Below, in pieces: positions 10,105-21,701 of a DNA stretch of 64,000 nucleotides. Each line of letters begins with the position of its first letter. The first letter of the stretch is position 1. This DNA is from Marsupella aquatica (Eukaryota > Plantae > Marchantiophyta): the NCBI GenBank assembly GCA_973895155.1, contig OZ316899.1, forward strand, positions 14,201,934-14,265,933, written 5' to 3'. The notes under the pieces were generated by a model. The model worked only from the letters and a program-made list of their open reading frames with translations. It was not told the origin of the DNA and searched no databases. The position numbers and the translations under genes were made by a program.

Positions 10105-12007
10105 GATGATGAAAAAGGACGCGGTGATCGAGGAGACACCCAGGAGACGGATTGCTTTCGAAGAACTCCGTAAAAGACTCACCACCGCACCTATCATGGT
10201 CACTCCAGACTGGAATAAGGAGTTCCACGTGTATGTCGATGTGTCAGGGTTCTGTATTGGATCCGTGCTCAGTCAGCTTGATGAGAACGGACGCGACCAC
10301 CCCATCTACTTCGCTAGCCGTCAATTATTCACAGCCAAAAAGAATTATTCCCCCACTAATCGAGAAGCTCTGGGAATAATCTACTCGTGTAAAAAGTTCC
10401 GATACTATCTGCTAGGCTACAAGGTCATATTCCACACGGATCATGATAGCCTGAAGTACATGGTCAACAAAGCGGACGTGACGGGATGGATAGCCCGGTG
10501 GGTGCTACTTCTCCAGGAATTTAACTACAAAGTTCGGGTTTGGCCCGAAAAGGCACACCTCAATGCCGACTTCTTTTCAAGGCTGGACGGCGTACCAGTC
10601 GATCAGCCAATTGATGATATTTTTCCGGATGAGGAGTTGTTCCACGTAGGGGCGGGGATGCCAACGTGGTACGGCTCAATTATCACCTTCCTCTTGACAG
10701 GCCGCATCCCTGACGGCATCAATCAGGAAGCCGCCGCTATGTTTCTACGGAAAGCCGGGCCTTACGTCATGGTACAGGGTCACCTACATAAGGAAGGAGT
10801 TAATGGGAAGTTACGACGCTGCTTGGAGTATAAGGAGACGCTTATCGTGATGCGGGCCTTGCATGAAGAAGAAGCTGGAGGTCATTTCGCAGCTATCACA
10901 ACAGCCCGAAAGATTCTGGACTCCGGATATTGGTGGCCTACGTTGCATCGGGATGTACAATGCTTCATCAAGGGCTGTGACCTGTGTCAGCGGGCTAGGG
11001 CCCCAAGACGAGCTCATCATCACCCTCTCACGTCCGTACTTCCATTAGCACCGTTCGAAAAGTGGGGTATTGATTATATCGGGCCATTTACTCCCGTTAC
11101 CCGAAGACGAAGATGCAGGTACATCCTGCTAGCTATTGATTACTCCACCAAGTGGGTCGAAGCACGGGCTACGGTGAAGGACGACGCCGCAACCAGCGCC
11201 AGGTTCTTATATGAACAAATTTTCACCCGGTTCGGCCCACCCTTAGAATTGGTAAGCGACCGTGGAACCCACTTCCTCAATGACACCGTAGCCCGGCTTA
11301 CGGAGCGTTACCTAGTCAAGCACCGCAAGACTACCCCGTATCATCCTAAGGCCAACGGGATGACAGAGAGAGCCAATGGTATCATTGGGAAAATCCTCAA
11401 CAAGACGGTAGCGGCGCACAAAATGGATTGGGATGATAAGTTGTATGCAGCGGTGTACTCGTATAATCTTGCTTACAAAACTACTACGAGTCACAGCCCG
11501 TACTTTCTCGTGTTCGGCCAACATTCGTTGGTACCCGTCAAGTTTGAAGTACACACTCCACGAGTCAGCATTCGGGATCGCTTACCTGAACCTGAAAGTT
11601 CGTCAGACCGAGCTTATCAGATTGAAGCCCTAGAAGAAGCACGGCTACTAGCAGCTCAACACGCCGTGAAGAAACAGGCAACTTCGAAGAAGCAGCACGA
11701 CAAAGGACTACGGAGGGTTGACGTCGTGGCAAGCGATCTAGTCCTTCTGTACGATAGTAGGTACATGCAGTTTCCAGGGAAGCTTCATACCCGGTGGTTA
11801 GGGCCCTTCCTTGTCAATCAGATCTACCGTAACGGATCTTTGGAGCTTGCGACATATGCCAGCGATTTACTCCCCACGCGAATCAGCTACGATCGTGTAA
11901 AAAAGTACCACCATCAAGATGACGACGCCGAGAGTGATGTTTGCGAGGACGCTTCACAATTAAGCAGGGAGCTATGTGACGCCGCTGGTACGGCGGTTAA
12001 TGAGTGA
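10097..12007 (+). pseudogene. pol: Pol RNase H and integrase segment; reads 33 nt into the 3' LTR
   Basis: VYVDVSGFCIGSVLSQ, NYSPTNREALG, TDHDSLKY; HHCC (H..GGH..C..C), GIDYIGP, SDRG, NGMTERAN, WLGPF. Confidence 0.95.
11962..11974 (+). promoter_or_regulatory. Short polypurine tract
   Basis: AAGCAGGGAGCTA directly before the LTR start TGTGAC at 11975. Confidence 0.55.
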
Positions 12008-12333
12008 TTCAGTCTAACTGCGCTCAGCACGCGCGTTAGGAGTGTCTTAGGCCGCTATTATTAGCATAACGACAGTATTTAGGTAATCATTATGGGTAGG
12101 ACATCATTAGGCAATAAGGGGGAATTCAGGTTCGGACTGGCGACGGATCGCTATTTGCACACCCGGGTTACGAGCGTGGAGGGGCCCCTCCCTCGGGTCC
12201 GTATAACGAACTTAAGGAAGCGGCCACTGACACGCGCTGACTCAGACCGGCGGAGTGGCCGGTACACCACAAGCGTGAGCGGTTCAGCCTATGGGCATCG
12301 AGGAGATGTCGGGGGATCGGCAAGCCCTCAAGG

Positions 12334-12340
12334 TATAAAA
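12334..12340 (+). promoter_or_regulatory. TATA box for the LTR-encoded ORF
   Basis: GGTATAAAAAGGG about 100 bp before ATG 12442; conserved in both minus-strand copies (near 20358 and 25373). Confidence 0.65.
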
Positions 12341-12441
12341 AGGGAGCCGACCCTTTGGAGTGCACCAGTCCATCAGTCCACGCGCCAGCTTCGACCCCAG
12401 CTCTCTCGTTCGCTCTAAGTCGCCACTACTATCTCCTCTGA

Positions 12442-15099
12442 ATGTCGCACACAATCCTCTCCAGCTCGGCCATTCGATTCTGGACGCAGTTCCTATCTAC
12501 CGAAAGGCACTTGGCCGACTCATTGAAACACGCCAACCCGCGCTGATACAAAATCAAACGCGAGTACGAGAGAGCCATCCGCCTAGCAGGACGACACCAC
12601 TACATCCTTAACTTTGACTACCTGTCTCAAAGCGAGCTTTACCGACCAGCAGAGGTATCTGGGTACTTCTTCAACGGAGACAAATATATCGGTTTCTGGG
12701 AAGCATTGCTTTGGCTTCCGGACGAGGTCTTCAATATCTTGGGTACGATCGACTTGCAATGACATCACTTCGACCACATCCCTGCTCAGGTTCGGGCTAT
12801 CATCAACAGCGAGTCCACCACTACCCGTTCGACAAGGTTGTCCGCACTTGCTTCGGAGAACTTCTACCAGCACCTGCAGAGCTTCATGGGAACTAGACCC
12901 GCAACCACCGGCGCCAGCCTAGTGGACCCCATACCCATACCCGTACCAACGCAGACTCAGGCTCAGGCTCAGCTTCAGGCCCAACTTCAGTCTCAGCCTC
13001 AGCCTAGCCAACCCCCACTGCCGATCGCCCCGCCAACAGTACAAGTACGCTCCGTCATCAACGCTGTGGACCTTAGCGACGATGACAAGGCTACCCCACC
13101 CTTGCTCAGGCGGCCCAGAGGAGTAAACACTCAGGGGGCCGACACTGCATCGTCCCCTCCCCATGCTCGGACCCAAGGAGCGGCTCCAGCAGACAACACG
13201 GTGATCGTGGCCACCCCGGGACCAATACTAACGGCGGTAGTACTACCTATGCCCGATCGAGAGGATGGGGAGGTGTCACCTTCCCCGAGCCAGTCACGGG
13301 GGAAGAAGAGGAAGGAACCCGCCACTGCATCCGGGTTACCATTGACCACGGTAGCCGTGGCCAAGGTAACAATGCACCGCATGGGGGAAAACGTGCATAA
13401 GAACATCCTCCATCCCAAGCATGCGGTGTACCTGAAGACTCAGGGATTCGAGCACCTCGCCGCTCTGCCCTGGAACACTTGCAGGTACTACGGGGAGGAC
13501 ATGACAGAATTTGTCAAGAATTATGATGATACACGTCAGCATACTCGGCTGCGGGGAAGGAATATGTCCCTCACGGAAGAACGCCTCAGGATGATCTTCG
13601 GATTACCCGAAGGTGACCATCGAGTCGAATCACGGGCTCCCGGGGGCAAGGGAGCCAAGTACCAATCCTCAAGTTTTCCCTCGGAAGGAACAGTGGACAA
13701 CTGGTTTGTGATGAGGACCTGCCTCATCCCCGAGATAGCTGAGCGACTGGAGTTCCAGAGGTACGCCCTCCACATGATGGAACCCCGGGGGGAGATCTCC
13801 GCCGCCCAGGTTATCCAGGTCGAGAACTATCGACCTAGGAAGTGGGCGTCGTACTTCGCTAAGAAATTCCATGAAGAGATGGAGCGGCGAAGGAAGACGC
13901 TGTACATTGGCGGGAAGGCGTATTTCGCTAGCCACATCGAGATCATTCTTGAGTGGTATGCTCGGTTTGATCGATGAACCCTTCCCCGTGTCAACGTTAC
14001 AAAGCTGGTCCCAGCTAGGTGGGTTTTTCCGGCCTTGGAGAGACGGCCCCAACCCGAGGCCCGAAGTCCAGCGGACACGCCAGCTTCACCCACCCCACCT
14101 CCACAAGTAGCTGTAGTCGTAACCGAGGAGGTACCGGATGGGTCGGTTGTCGCAACCATTGATGCGATCCAACAGGCCGGGCTAAGTACAAAAGTCGGTA
14201 CGACGGAGGTCTTACCCGAGCCCGGGTCTCCCAAAGACCCACCGGTGGCTATTCTGGAGAACCGAACATTGCTGTAGGAGGACACTCCAGCCCCTTCCAA
14301 CATTACGTCCCCAGGGCTGGACGTCACTGCCCCGGCCCCCCCGCGTGTTGACGTCTGCCCGTGCCCAACTCCGGACAGGCACAACCTGGACCACCCGGAA
14401 CTCTTTGTACCGGGTATATTTCTGAACGGGCTTCTGGGAGATTTCTCTCATCAAATTTCCCGGGATACCGGGGAGTTCATGGCCCGGAAGGTAGCATGTT
14501 TCTTCAATCAGGAGTTAGTTGCCGCAGTAAAGGCAGGTCGGGCCCAGTCAGAGGCCCTTTAGAGGATAGAGCGGTACCGGGTGGAGTCCGTCTACTTAAA
14601 GAATGAAGTTGCATCTCAAGAGGCTGAGCTTCTGCAACTACGACCCAAGGTTGCAGCCGCCGATGATTTGTTAGCAAAGGCGCACGCCCTTACCGCCCTA
14701 GCCGAGCAGGCCAAAGCTGGGAACGAGGCCGAGATTGCACGACTCCGGAACCAGATTGACAGTTTGAAGAATCAAACTGTCATCTGGCAGAAAGACCTGG
14801 ACGAGGCCGAAGAACGGGCCTAGCGGGACACTGCGGAGATAGCCACGCTGCAGGCCGAGGTGGCACGGCTCCAAACCAAGGCCGAGAAGCAGGACCAGCT
14901 GGCGGGTAAACTGACGAGCGACGCCCAGCAGCTGGAGGAGGCATGTCAGGAGGCAGCAGAGGAGACGGACGCGGCTAGGCGAGAGAACGAATCTCTACTG
15001 GACCAGGTCTAGCTCCTCAAGGCGGACAATGACAGGCTTCGAAGGCAGCGGGATGGCCGCTCCCATTCGGGCGGCTCTGGCAAGCGTGCCAGGCATTAG
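12442..15099 (+). pseudogene. Full-span LTR-encoded ORF (885 codons) with in-frame stops
   Basis: Single frame from MSHTIL to GKRARH*; stops at ~12544, 12760, 13975, 14275, 14560, 14821, 15010, all CGA>TGA or CAG>TAG. Confidence 0.85.
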
Positions 15100-15994
15100 C
15101 AGCGGAGCAGGAATAGATTAGGATTAGGACTAGCTTAGTCAGGCTCTTGGGATAGGCACCTGCCTTAGGTACAGCAGCGCTGCCATGCTGTCCAGCCTGC
15201 GTAGATTAGGATCTTCTAATAAGACACAGCCGTTTTCCGGCCTGACTGTCAGCTTAGTTAGGACCTTAGTCAGCAAATCTTCGGCGAGAGGACACCCCGT
15301 CCCTCGGCCCTTAGTATTTAGTGCACCCCTCGGTAGAGGCGAGGGGGTTTTTAGTCTCAGAGTTGGACATCCGTGGTATGTGCGGGGAGTCCCAGCCTCT
15401 GGGAGTGAAAGAGTACCAAGGGGAGGGGGTAGGACTAAGCTCACCGGGCGAGTGCGGAGCCGGGCTCTGTTGTAGTATACTCTCTCGGCCTTGAACCTGT
15501 TCATTCCGGAGCTATCGGGTCAACCAAGTATACGCACATGTCCCCTATGTAGTAAAATCCTTTCCCATTATTTCCTTCGTGTAAATCGAGATTGTATGCT
15601 TGTGCGCGTGTATGTGTGTGTGAATCTCGTGTATAGGTGACAACGCCGGGCCGAATGCACTACCCGAATCGTGCACGAGGTGCAGCTTGCGGGGATGTGG
15701 TTGCGAGCACGGGTTGAGGACCTGTATCATGGAATCCGGATCGACGGCGGACAACACGAAGGCTTAGAAGTCCTTAAGCCGGGGTCGATCCTGTTATTGA
15801 CTAAGGTACGTTCCGGCGGCGGAACACAAACCATACCTAGGAGATGTCTGTATCTAACAGTAGGCGCACTTAGCGCTACTTTACGTGAATTAGGTGCATT
15901 ACGCGCTTCCCTCCCTGCCCGAACCCTCAGATTTACGAGGGATGTGCCCGTCTAAGCTGAAGTCTGAGTTAAGGCCGAAGCCGACGACGTGACA

Positions 15995-16167
15995 TAGCCT
16001 TTGTTTTGGCGCTAGATGGAGGGGGCACTCTACATATCGTAGAGGGGAGACATGTGCGTATTCACCTAGGCAAGATACATCAGGACGTAGTACTAACCAT
16101 CGCATTTATATGAGTAAATGCCCATCACTCGTTCTCAAGCAGCTTACTTGAGGAGATTGACGTGACA
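15995..16167 (+). mobile_element. Second PBS, leader and gag start, fused to the last bases of an LTR
   Basis: 15995-16161 repeats 5873-6039 (PBS at 16007-16024), then GTGACA. Confidence 0.85.
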
Positions 16168-16874
16168 GGGGGTGCCATTGGTTCTCGTGGTTTGCGGGTG
16201 TTAGCTCGCCCGCTTGCCAAATCCTGCCAAACAGCAGCCGAGCCGCATTCAACCTCCCAAGGGAGCTTGCGTTGGGGAGGCAAGGCCAAGTAGGTATGGA
16301 GGCTGAGTCCCAAGGGCACTCGGTCCCTAGACCATCAGTGGGGCAAACCGGGAGCAGTTGTTAGAGTCGGGGCCGTTCTGGTCCCGGCGTGTTGAGACAA
16401 ACTTGGGACAAGCTTTAGGACAAGCTACGCTATTTGGGCCATGAGCATGTCCTAAGGTCAGGGCGGTCAGTTGGTGATGGATAGGTACGAGGGGAACCCG
16501 GGCCGCGCCCAAGGAAGGAGCTGTCCTGGACAGACAGTGGGCGTGGGTTCTGGTTCCGGCTTATGGCATCGGGAGGACCTATCGCTGACCTATTTACCAA
16601 CGTCTGTTGAGCTTGAGTTAGGATGCTAGACTGGGAAAGTCCTAGATCCGGAGGGGTTACTTACCAAGATGCTTGGTTGTTTGTGCAGACAATGAGGACC
16701 GTTGAGTAGCGGTCGTGTAGGTGAGCAAGTGCGGCTTCGTATGGGAGTGGCCGCAGGAGGTGCTAGAGGCACTTGGATGCTTGCTCGAGGTATTCCGTGG
16801 AGGCGTTCGGGCACCAAGGGCACTTAGTCGCAAGTGCTGGGATTGGTGAGGGCGCTGGGTGGCAAGGTCCACCA
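16168..16874 (-). mobile_element. Fragment of the 1.16-kb LTR family X, inserted in LTR A3 and interrupted by the family A element
   Basis: Reverse complement of 33169-33875; TGGTGGACC terminus at 16874. Confidence 0.85.
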
Positions 16875-19800
16875 TTGGGAGGCACGGAATGCACCTAACT
16901 CACATAAACTAGCGCTAAGTGCGCCTATTGTCATATACGGACACCTCTTAGGTATGGTTTGTGTTCCGCCGCCGGAACGTACCTCAGTCAATAGCAGGAT
17001 CAACCCCGGCTTATGGGCTTCTAAGCCTTTGTGTTGTCCGCCTTTGATCCGGATTTGATGGTATGGGTACTCAACCCGGGCTCGCAACCACTTACCCCGC
17101 AAGCTGCACCCCGTGCACGACTTGGGTAGTGCGTTCGGCCAAGCGTTGGCACCTATACACGAGATTCACACATATACATACGCACAAGCATACAATCTCA
17201 ATTTACACGAAGGAAATAATGGGAAAGGATTTTACTAGATAAGAGACATAAGCGTACACTTAGTTGACCCAAAAGCTCTAGAATGAACAGGTCCGAGGCC
17301 AAGGGTGTACACTACAACGGAGCCCGGCTCCGCACTTGCCCAGCAAGCTTAGTCCTACACCCTCCCCTTGGTACTCTTTCACTCCCAGAGGTCGGGACTC
17401 CCCGCACATACCACGGATGTCCAACACTGAGACTAAAAATCCCCCTGCCTCTACCAAGGGGTGCACTAAATACTAAGGGCCGAGGAACAGAGTGCCCTCA
17501 CGCCCGAAGATTTGCTAACTAAGATCCTAACTAAGGTGGCTGTCAGGCCGGAAAACGGCTTGTCTTATTAGAAGATCCTAATGTACGCAGGTTGTACAGC
17601 ATGGCAGTGCTACTTTAACTAGGGCAGGTGCTTGTCCCTATAGCCTAATTTAACTACTCCTACTCTATTTTAATCATACTCTGCCGCTAATGTCTAGCAC
17701 GCTTGCCAGAGCCGCCTGAGTGGGAGCGGCTATCCCGCTGCCTTCTGAGCCTGTCGGCGTCCTGCTTGAGTAGCTGGACCTGGTCCAGCAGAGATTTGTT
17801 CTCCCGCTTTGCCGCATCTGCCTCTTTCGCGGCCTCCTGGCATGCCTCCTCCAATTGTTGGGTGTCGTTCGTCAGCTTATCCACCAACTAGGCCTGTTTC
17901 GTGACTTCTCCTTGAAGCCGCGCCACCTCTGCCTTCAGGGTGTCAATCTGGGCTGTGTCCCACTAAGACCTGGAGTCAGCTTCCTCCAGATCCTTTTGCC
18001 AACTGACAGCTTGCCCCTTCAAACCATCAATCTTGGTCCGGAGCCGCGCGATCTCGACGTCCTTTCCGAGCCCGGCCTGTATTGCTAATGCTGCTTGGGC
18101 CCTAGCCTCGACAATCTGGTCCTCCGTGGCCGTTACCTGAGGCCGTAGTTGGTGGAGTTCAGCCTCCAGGGTTGCCACTTTGTCCTTCAAGTAGGCAGAC
18201 TCAACCCGATATCGCTCTATTCTCTGCGTTGTCTCTGCCTGTGCATGTCCTGCCCTTACTACCGCAACCAACTCCTGGTTGAAGAAGTAGGCCACCCTCC
18301 GGGCCATGTATTCCCCGGTGTCCCAAGAGATCTGTTGAAAGAAATCTCCCAACAACCCGTTCAAAAATGTGCCCGACACAAAGAGTTCCGGATGGTCTAG
18401 ACTGTGACCTTCTGGATTCGGGCACAAGCAGACTCCAACCCGTGCGGGTGTAGGAGTGGACACATCCAGCCCTTGAGGTAAGTTGGTCAAAGGGGCTGGT
18501 TCCACTGGAGGTGGGCGGTTTTCCTGCACCACCGCGGGGGGTGGCGGAATCCCCTTGGCTACCGTGGCATCTGCTTTGGGTACAGCTTCATCCGGCCCGA
18601 CTTTGATTGCATTATCCCGATTGATCGCGTGTAAGGTCGCGATAACGTCAATGGGTATGCCTGGCGGGGTGGCAGAGGCTGGTTGCGGTAGCAGGACTTG
18701 CAGCCGCCAGACTTTGGTCCTCGGGCTGCGGTCGCCTCACCTGGGCTGGGAACACCCATTTTGGCGGGGTCAGCTCGGGCTCGTTGAGATGCGGGAGGCT
18801 CTGGCGGTCGAAACGAGCATACAGCTCGATGATGATTTTGATGTGGCTAGCGAAGTACGCCCTTCCGCCAATGTACAAAGTCTTCCTTCTCCGCTCCATC
18901 TCCTCGTGGAACTTCTTGACGAAGAAGGACGCCCACTTCCTGGGCCGATATTTCTCCTCTGGGTTCCATCATGTGGAGGGCATACTGCTGGAACTCCAGG
19001 CGTTCTGCTACCTCCGGGATGAGGCACGTCCTCATTAAGAACCCATTGTCCACTACCCCCTCGGCCGTGAAGCTAGATGACTGGTATTTAGCTCCCTTGT
19101 CCCCAAGAGCCCGCGATTCTACCCAGTTTATCCCCTCGGGTAAGCCCAAAATCATCTTCAGACGTGCCTCATTGAGAAAAATCACTCTCCCATGCGCTCT
19201 GGTTTGTTGACGGGCCTTGTCGAAGTTCTAAATGAACTCCGTCATATCCTGCCCGTAGTACCTACTTCCATTCCAAGGGAGAGAGGCAAGGTGCTCAAAC
19301 CCTTGGGTCTTCATATAGCATGTATGCTTGGGGTGGAGGATGTTCTTGTGAACGTTGTCCCCCATGCGATGCATGGTCAGCTTGGCTACCGCAACCGTGG
19401 CCAAAGGCAACCCGGATACGGCTGCGGGCTCCTTCATCTTCCTACCCCAAGACTGATTCCCGGGGTGACTAGAAGAGGGGGGCATCTCTCCATCCTCTCG
19501 GTCAGGTGGTGGTAGCGCGACTGCCGTGAGTATTGGTGCCGAGGCCGCTAGAGTTACTATGTTATCCCCTCGGGCTTGCTGGAGTGGTGCTGGGTTGTTC
19601 AGCGCTTGTTGAGTCGTACCCCGTGGCCGTCAATTCAGAGGAGGGTGAGCCTCCTCATCTTCGGAACTAATATTTACTGCATTCACCACGGATCGTACTC
19701 GGAGAGGCGGTGGGACCAGTGGTGGGGACCGGCTCGGCTGAGGCCGAGGAGGTGTAGGCGCGGGTACGGGCACGAGTTGGCCGGCGCTGGTCGTTGATGG

Positions 19801-20748
19801 TAGAGTTGCCATGAAGTTCTGCAGGTGCCGGTGGAGGTTCTCCGAAGCAAGTGAAGACGGCCTGGTTGACCGGGCAGTGTTGAACTCGCTATTGATGATA
19901 GCCCGGACCCAAGTGGGGATGTGGTCAAAGTGGTGCCGATGCAAGTCAATCGTGCCCGGGATATTGAAGACCTCGTCCAAAAGCCAAAGCAATGCCTCCC
20001 AGAAGCCGATGTATTTGCCTCTGTCGAAGAAGTACCCTGATACTTCTTCGGGTCGGTAAAGCTTGCTTTGGGACGGGTAATCAAAGTTAAGGAGATAGTG
20101 GAGTCGTCCTGCTAGGCAGATGGCTCTCTTGTATTTGCGTTCGATCTTGTATTGGCGCGGGTTGGCGTGTTTCAATGAGTCGGCCAAGTGCCCTCCGATA
20201 GACAGGAACCGAGTCCAGAATTGTATGGCCGAACTGGAAAGATCGTGTGCAACATTCAGAGGAGATAGCAGGTGACTAAGGAAAAGCGAGAGAGCCGGGG
20301 TTGAAGCTGGCGCGTGGACTAAAGAACTGGTGCACTGCAAAGGATCAACCCCCTTTTATACCCTGAGAGCTTGTCAACCGCCCGACGCCTCCTCGTCGCT
20401 TATAGGCCGAGCCTTTCACGCTCGCAGTGTACCAGCCCCTTTGCCGGTCCAGGTCAGCTTGTGTCAATGGCCGCCTCCCGGAGTTTGTTATACGGACCCG
20501 AGGGAGGGGGAAAGGGGGCCCATTACACGCTCGCAACCCGGGCGTGCAAATGGCAACCAGGGCGTGCAAATGGCAACCCGCCGCCAGCCCGAACATGAAT
20601 TCCCCTTATTGACTAATGATTTCCTACTCATAATAGCTACCTAAATACTGTCGTTATGCTAATAATAACGGCCTGAGATACCCCTAATGCGCGTGCTAAG
20701 CGCAGTTAGACAAAATCACTCATTACCCGCCGTACCGGCGGTGTCACA
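16875..20748 (-). mobile_element. Older diverged family A LTR (A3) with decayed ORF (17687-20255)
   Basis: Colinear with 11975-15910; starts TGTGACACCG at 20748; no pol or PPT adjoining; ORF fragments e.g. HKNILHPKH, HPELFVSGTFLNGLLGDF. Confidence 0.92.
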
Positions 20749-21701
20749 CCAGATCTTTCCCCACACAAACGTCCATCTGAATGCTCCTTGTCATCAGACG
20801 ACCCGATCTCCACATGCTTGCACACATCTCCCTCCGTGATGCTCTGGCCCCGCATCTCTGCTTCACTAGCACTCTGCCTACTGCGCGTCTCACTTTCGTT
20901 TGCACTCCTGGGTTTTTGAAGTAGATCCCTCATGGAATACCCACTGTGAAGGAGCAATCGCGTTACAGCCGTGCCACAGTAACAGGGATAACGTTTCATT
21001 CTTGGAAGCTTATCATCTGACAAATGCTTCCTCAACGCCACTATCTCACCCTTCAAGCAGTCCCAGACAAAATGAGCCCAGTCTGGCTTCAAAGTTGGAC
21101 ATTCAACATCTTGGGCCCGAACCTCTCCCGGGATTGTACTCCACCAGGAAGCCCAATACACCCACATGTCCTTTCTGGTTACTTGGGTGGGCTTTGTTTT
21201 CCCAAGAAGTAGCTTGTTTACAACCTTCACAGGCTCCTGCCAAAGCTTGAACACATCCGATAGGGTATCCAAATTCCAAGGGTTTGTGTGGTTCTGAGGC
21301 ACAATAAACATGGCATCCAGTTGGTCGGACACCCATGAATTTCAAAAATGTCCAAATTGCCCATTGGGCAGATGGAATGCAGCTTGCACTATTTCTTTGT
21401 CAAATTTCAGCAATGCACCCCGGAACATGCAACTGTCAGTGTCTAGGTCAAATGCTTGGACAAATTCGGTAACTCCAACAATCGCCACCCGTGGCCATTC
21501 CAACTGAAATGCCTCGACCAGATTTCCTGCCACCAACAAATTGTGCGTTCCAGGCTCACATTGCAGGCTGGAACGTATTTTCCTTGGAGTCATCGATTTC
21601 CATATGGTGCGGGTGACCCCTGCAAAAAGATTCCCCGTTCCTTCAAATACAGCTCCAATCCAATGTACATAACTCATAAAGTACAAACACAGGCGGCTTA
21701 C
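20749..21701 (-). pseudogene. Degenerate gene with the same Transposase_32/PMD-like domain; upstream exon probably at 25742-25900
   Basis: LEWP..VTEFVQAFDLDTDSCMFRGALLKFDKEIVQAAFHLPNG and KPDWAHFVWDCLKGEI..CYCGTAVTRLL; removing the solo LTR restores a phase-consistent GTGAGT...GAAG intron. Confidence 0.6.

Larger units (their letters stand above)
11975..15994 (+). repeat. Family A LTR, complete, 4020 bp
   Basis: TGTGAC...GTGACA; both ends match the termini of the TSD-flanked solo LTR 21702-25732. Confidence 0.97.
2539..16167 (+). mobile_element. Ty3/Gypsy non-chromovirus (Athila/Phygy-like) LTR retrotransposon, family A: LTR-internal-LTR plus remnant of a further unit
   Basis: Direct repeats at offset 10122, PBS, gag-PR-RT-RH-INT order, no chromodomain and no extra RNase H seen; structure ends in GTGACA at 16167. 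Confidence 0.95.

Noticed and set aside
11880-12007. Integrase chromodomain
   Set aside because: Only a short acidic tail follows the GPF motif.
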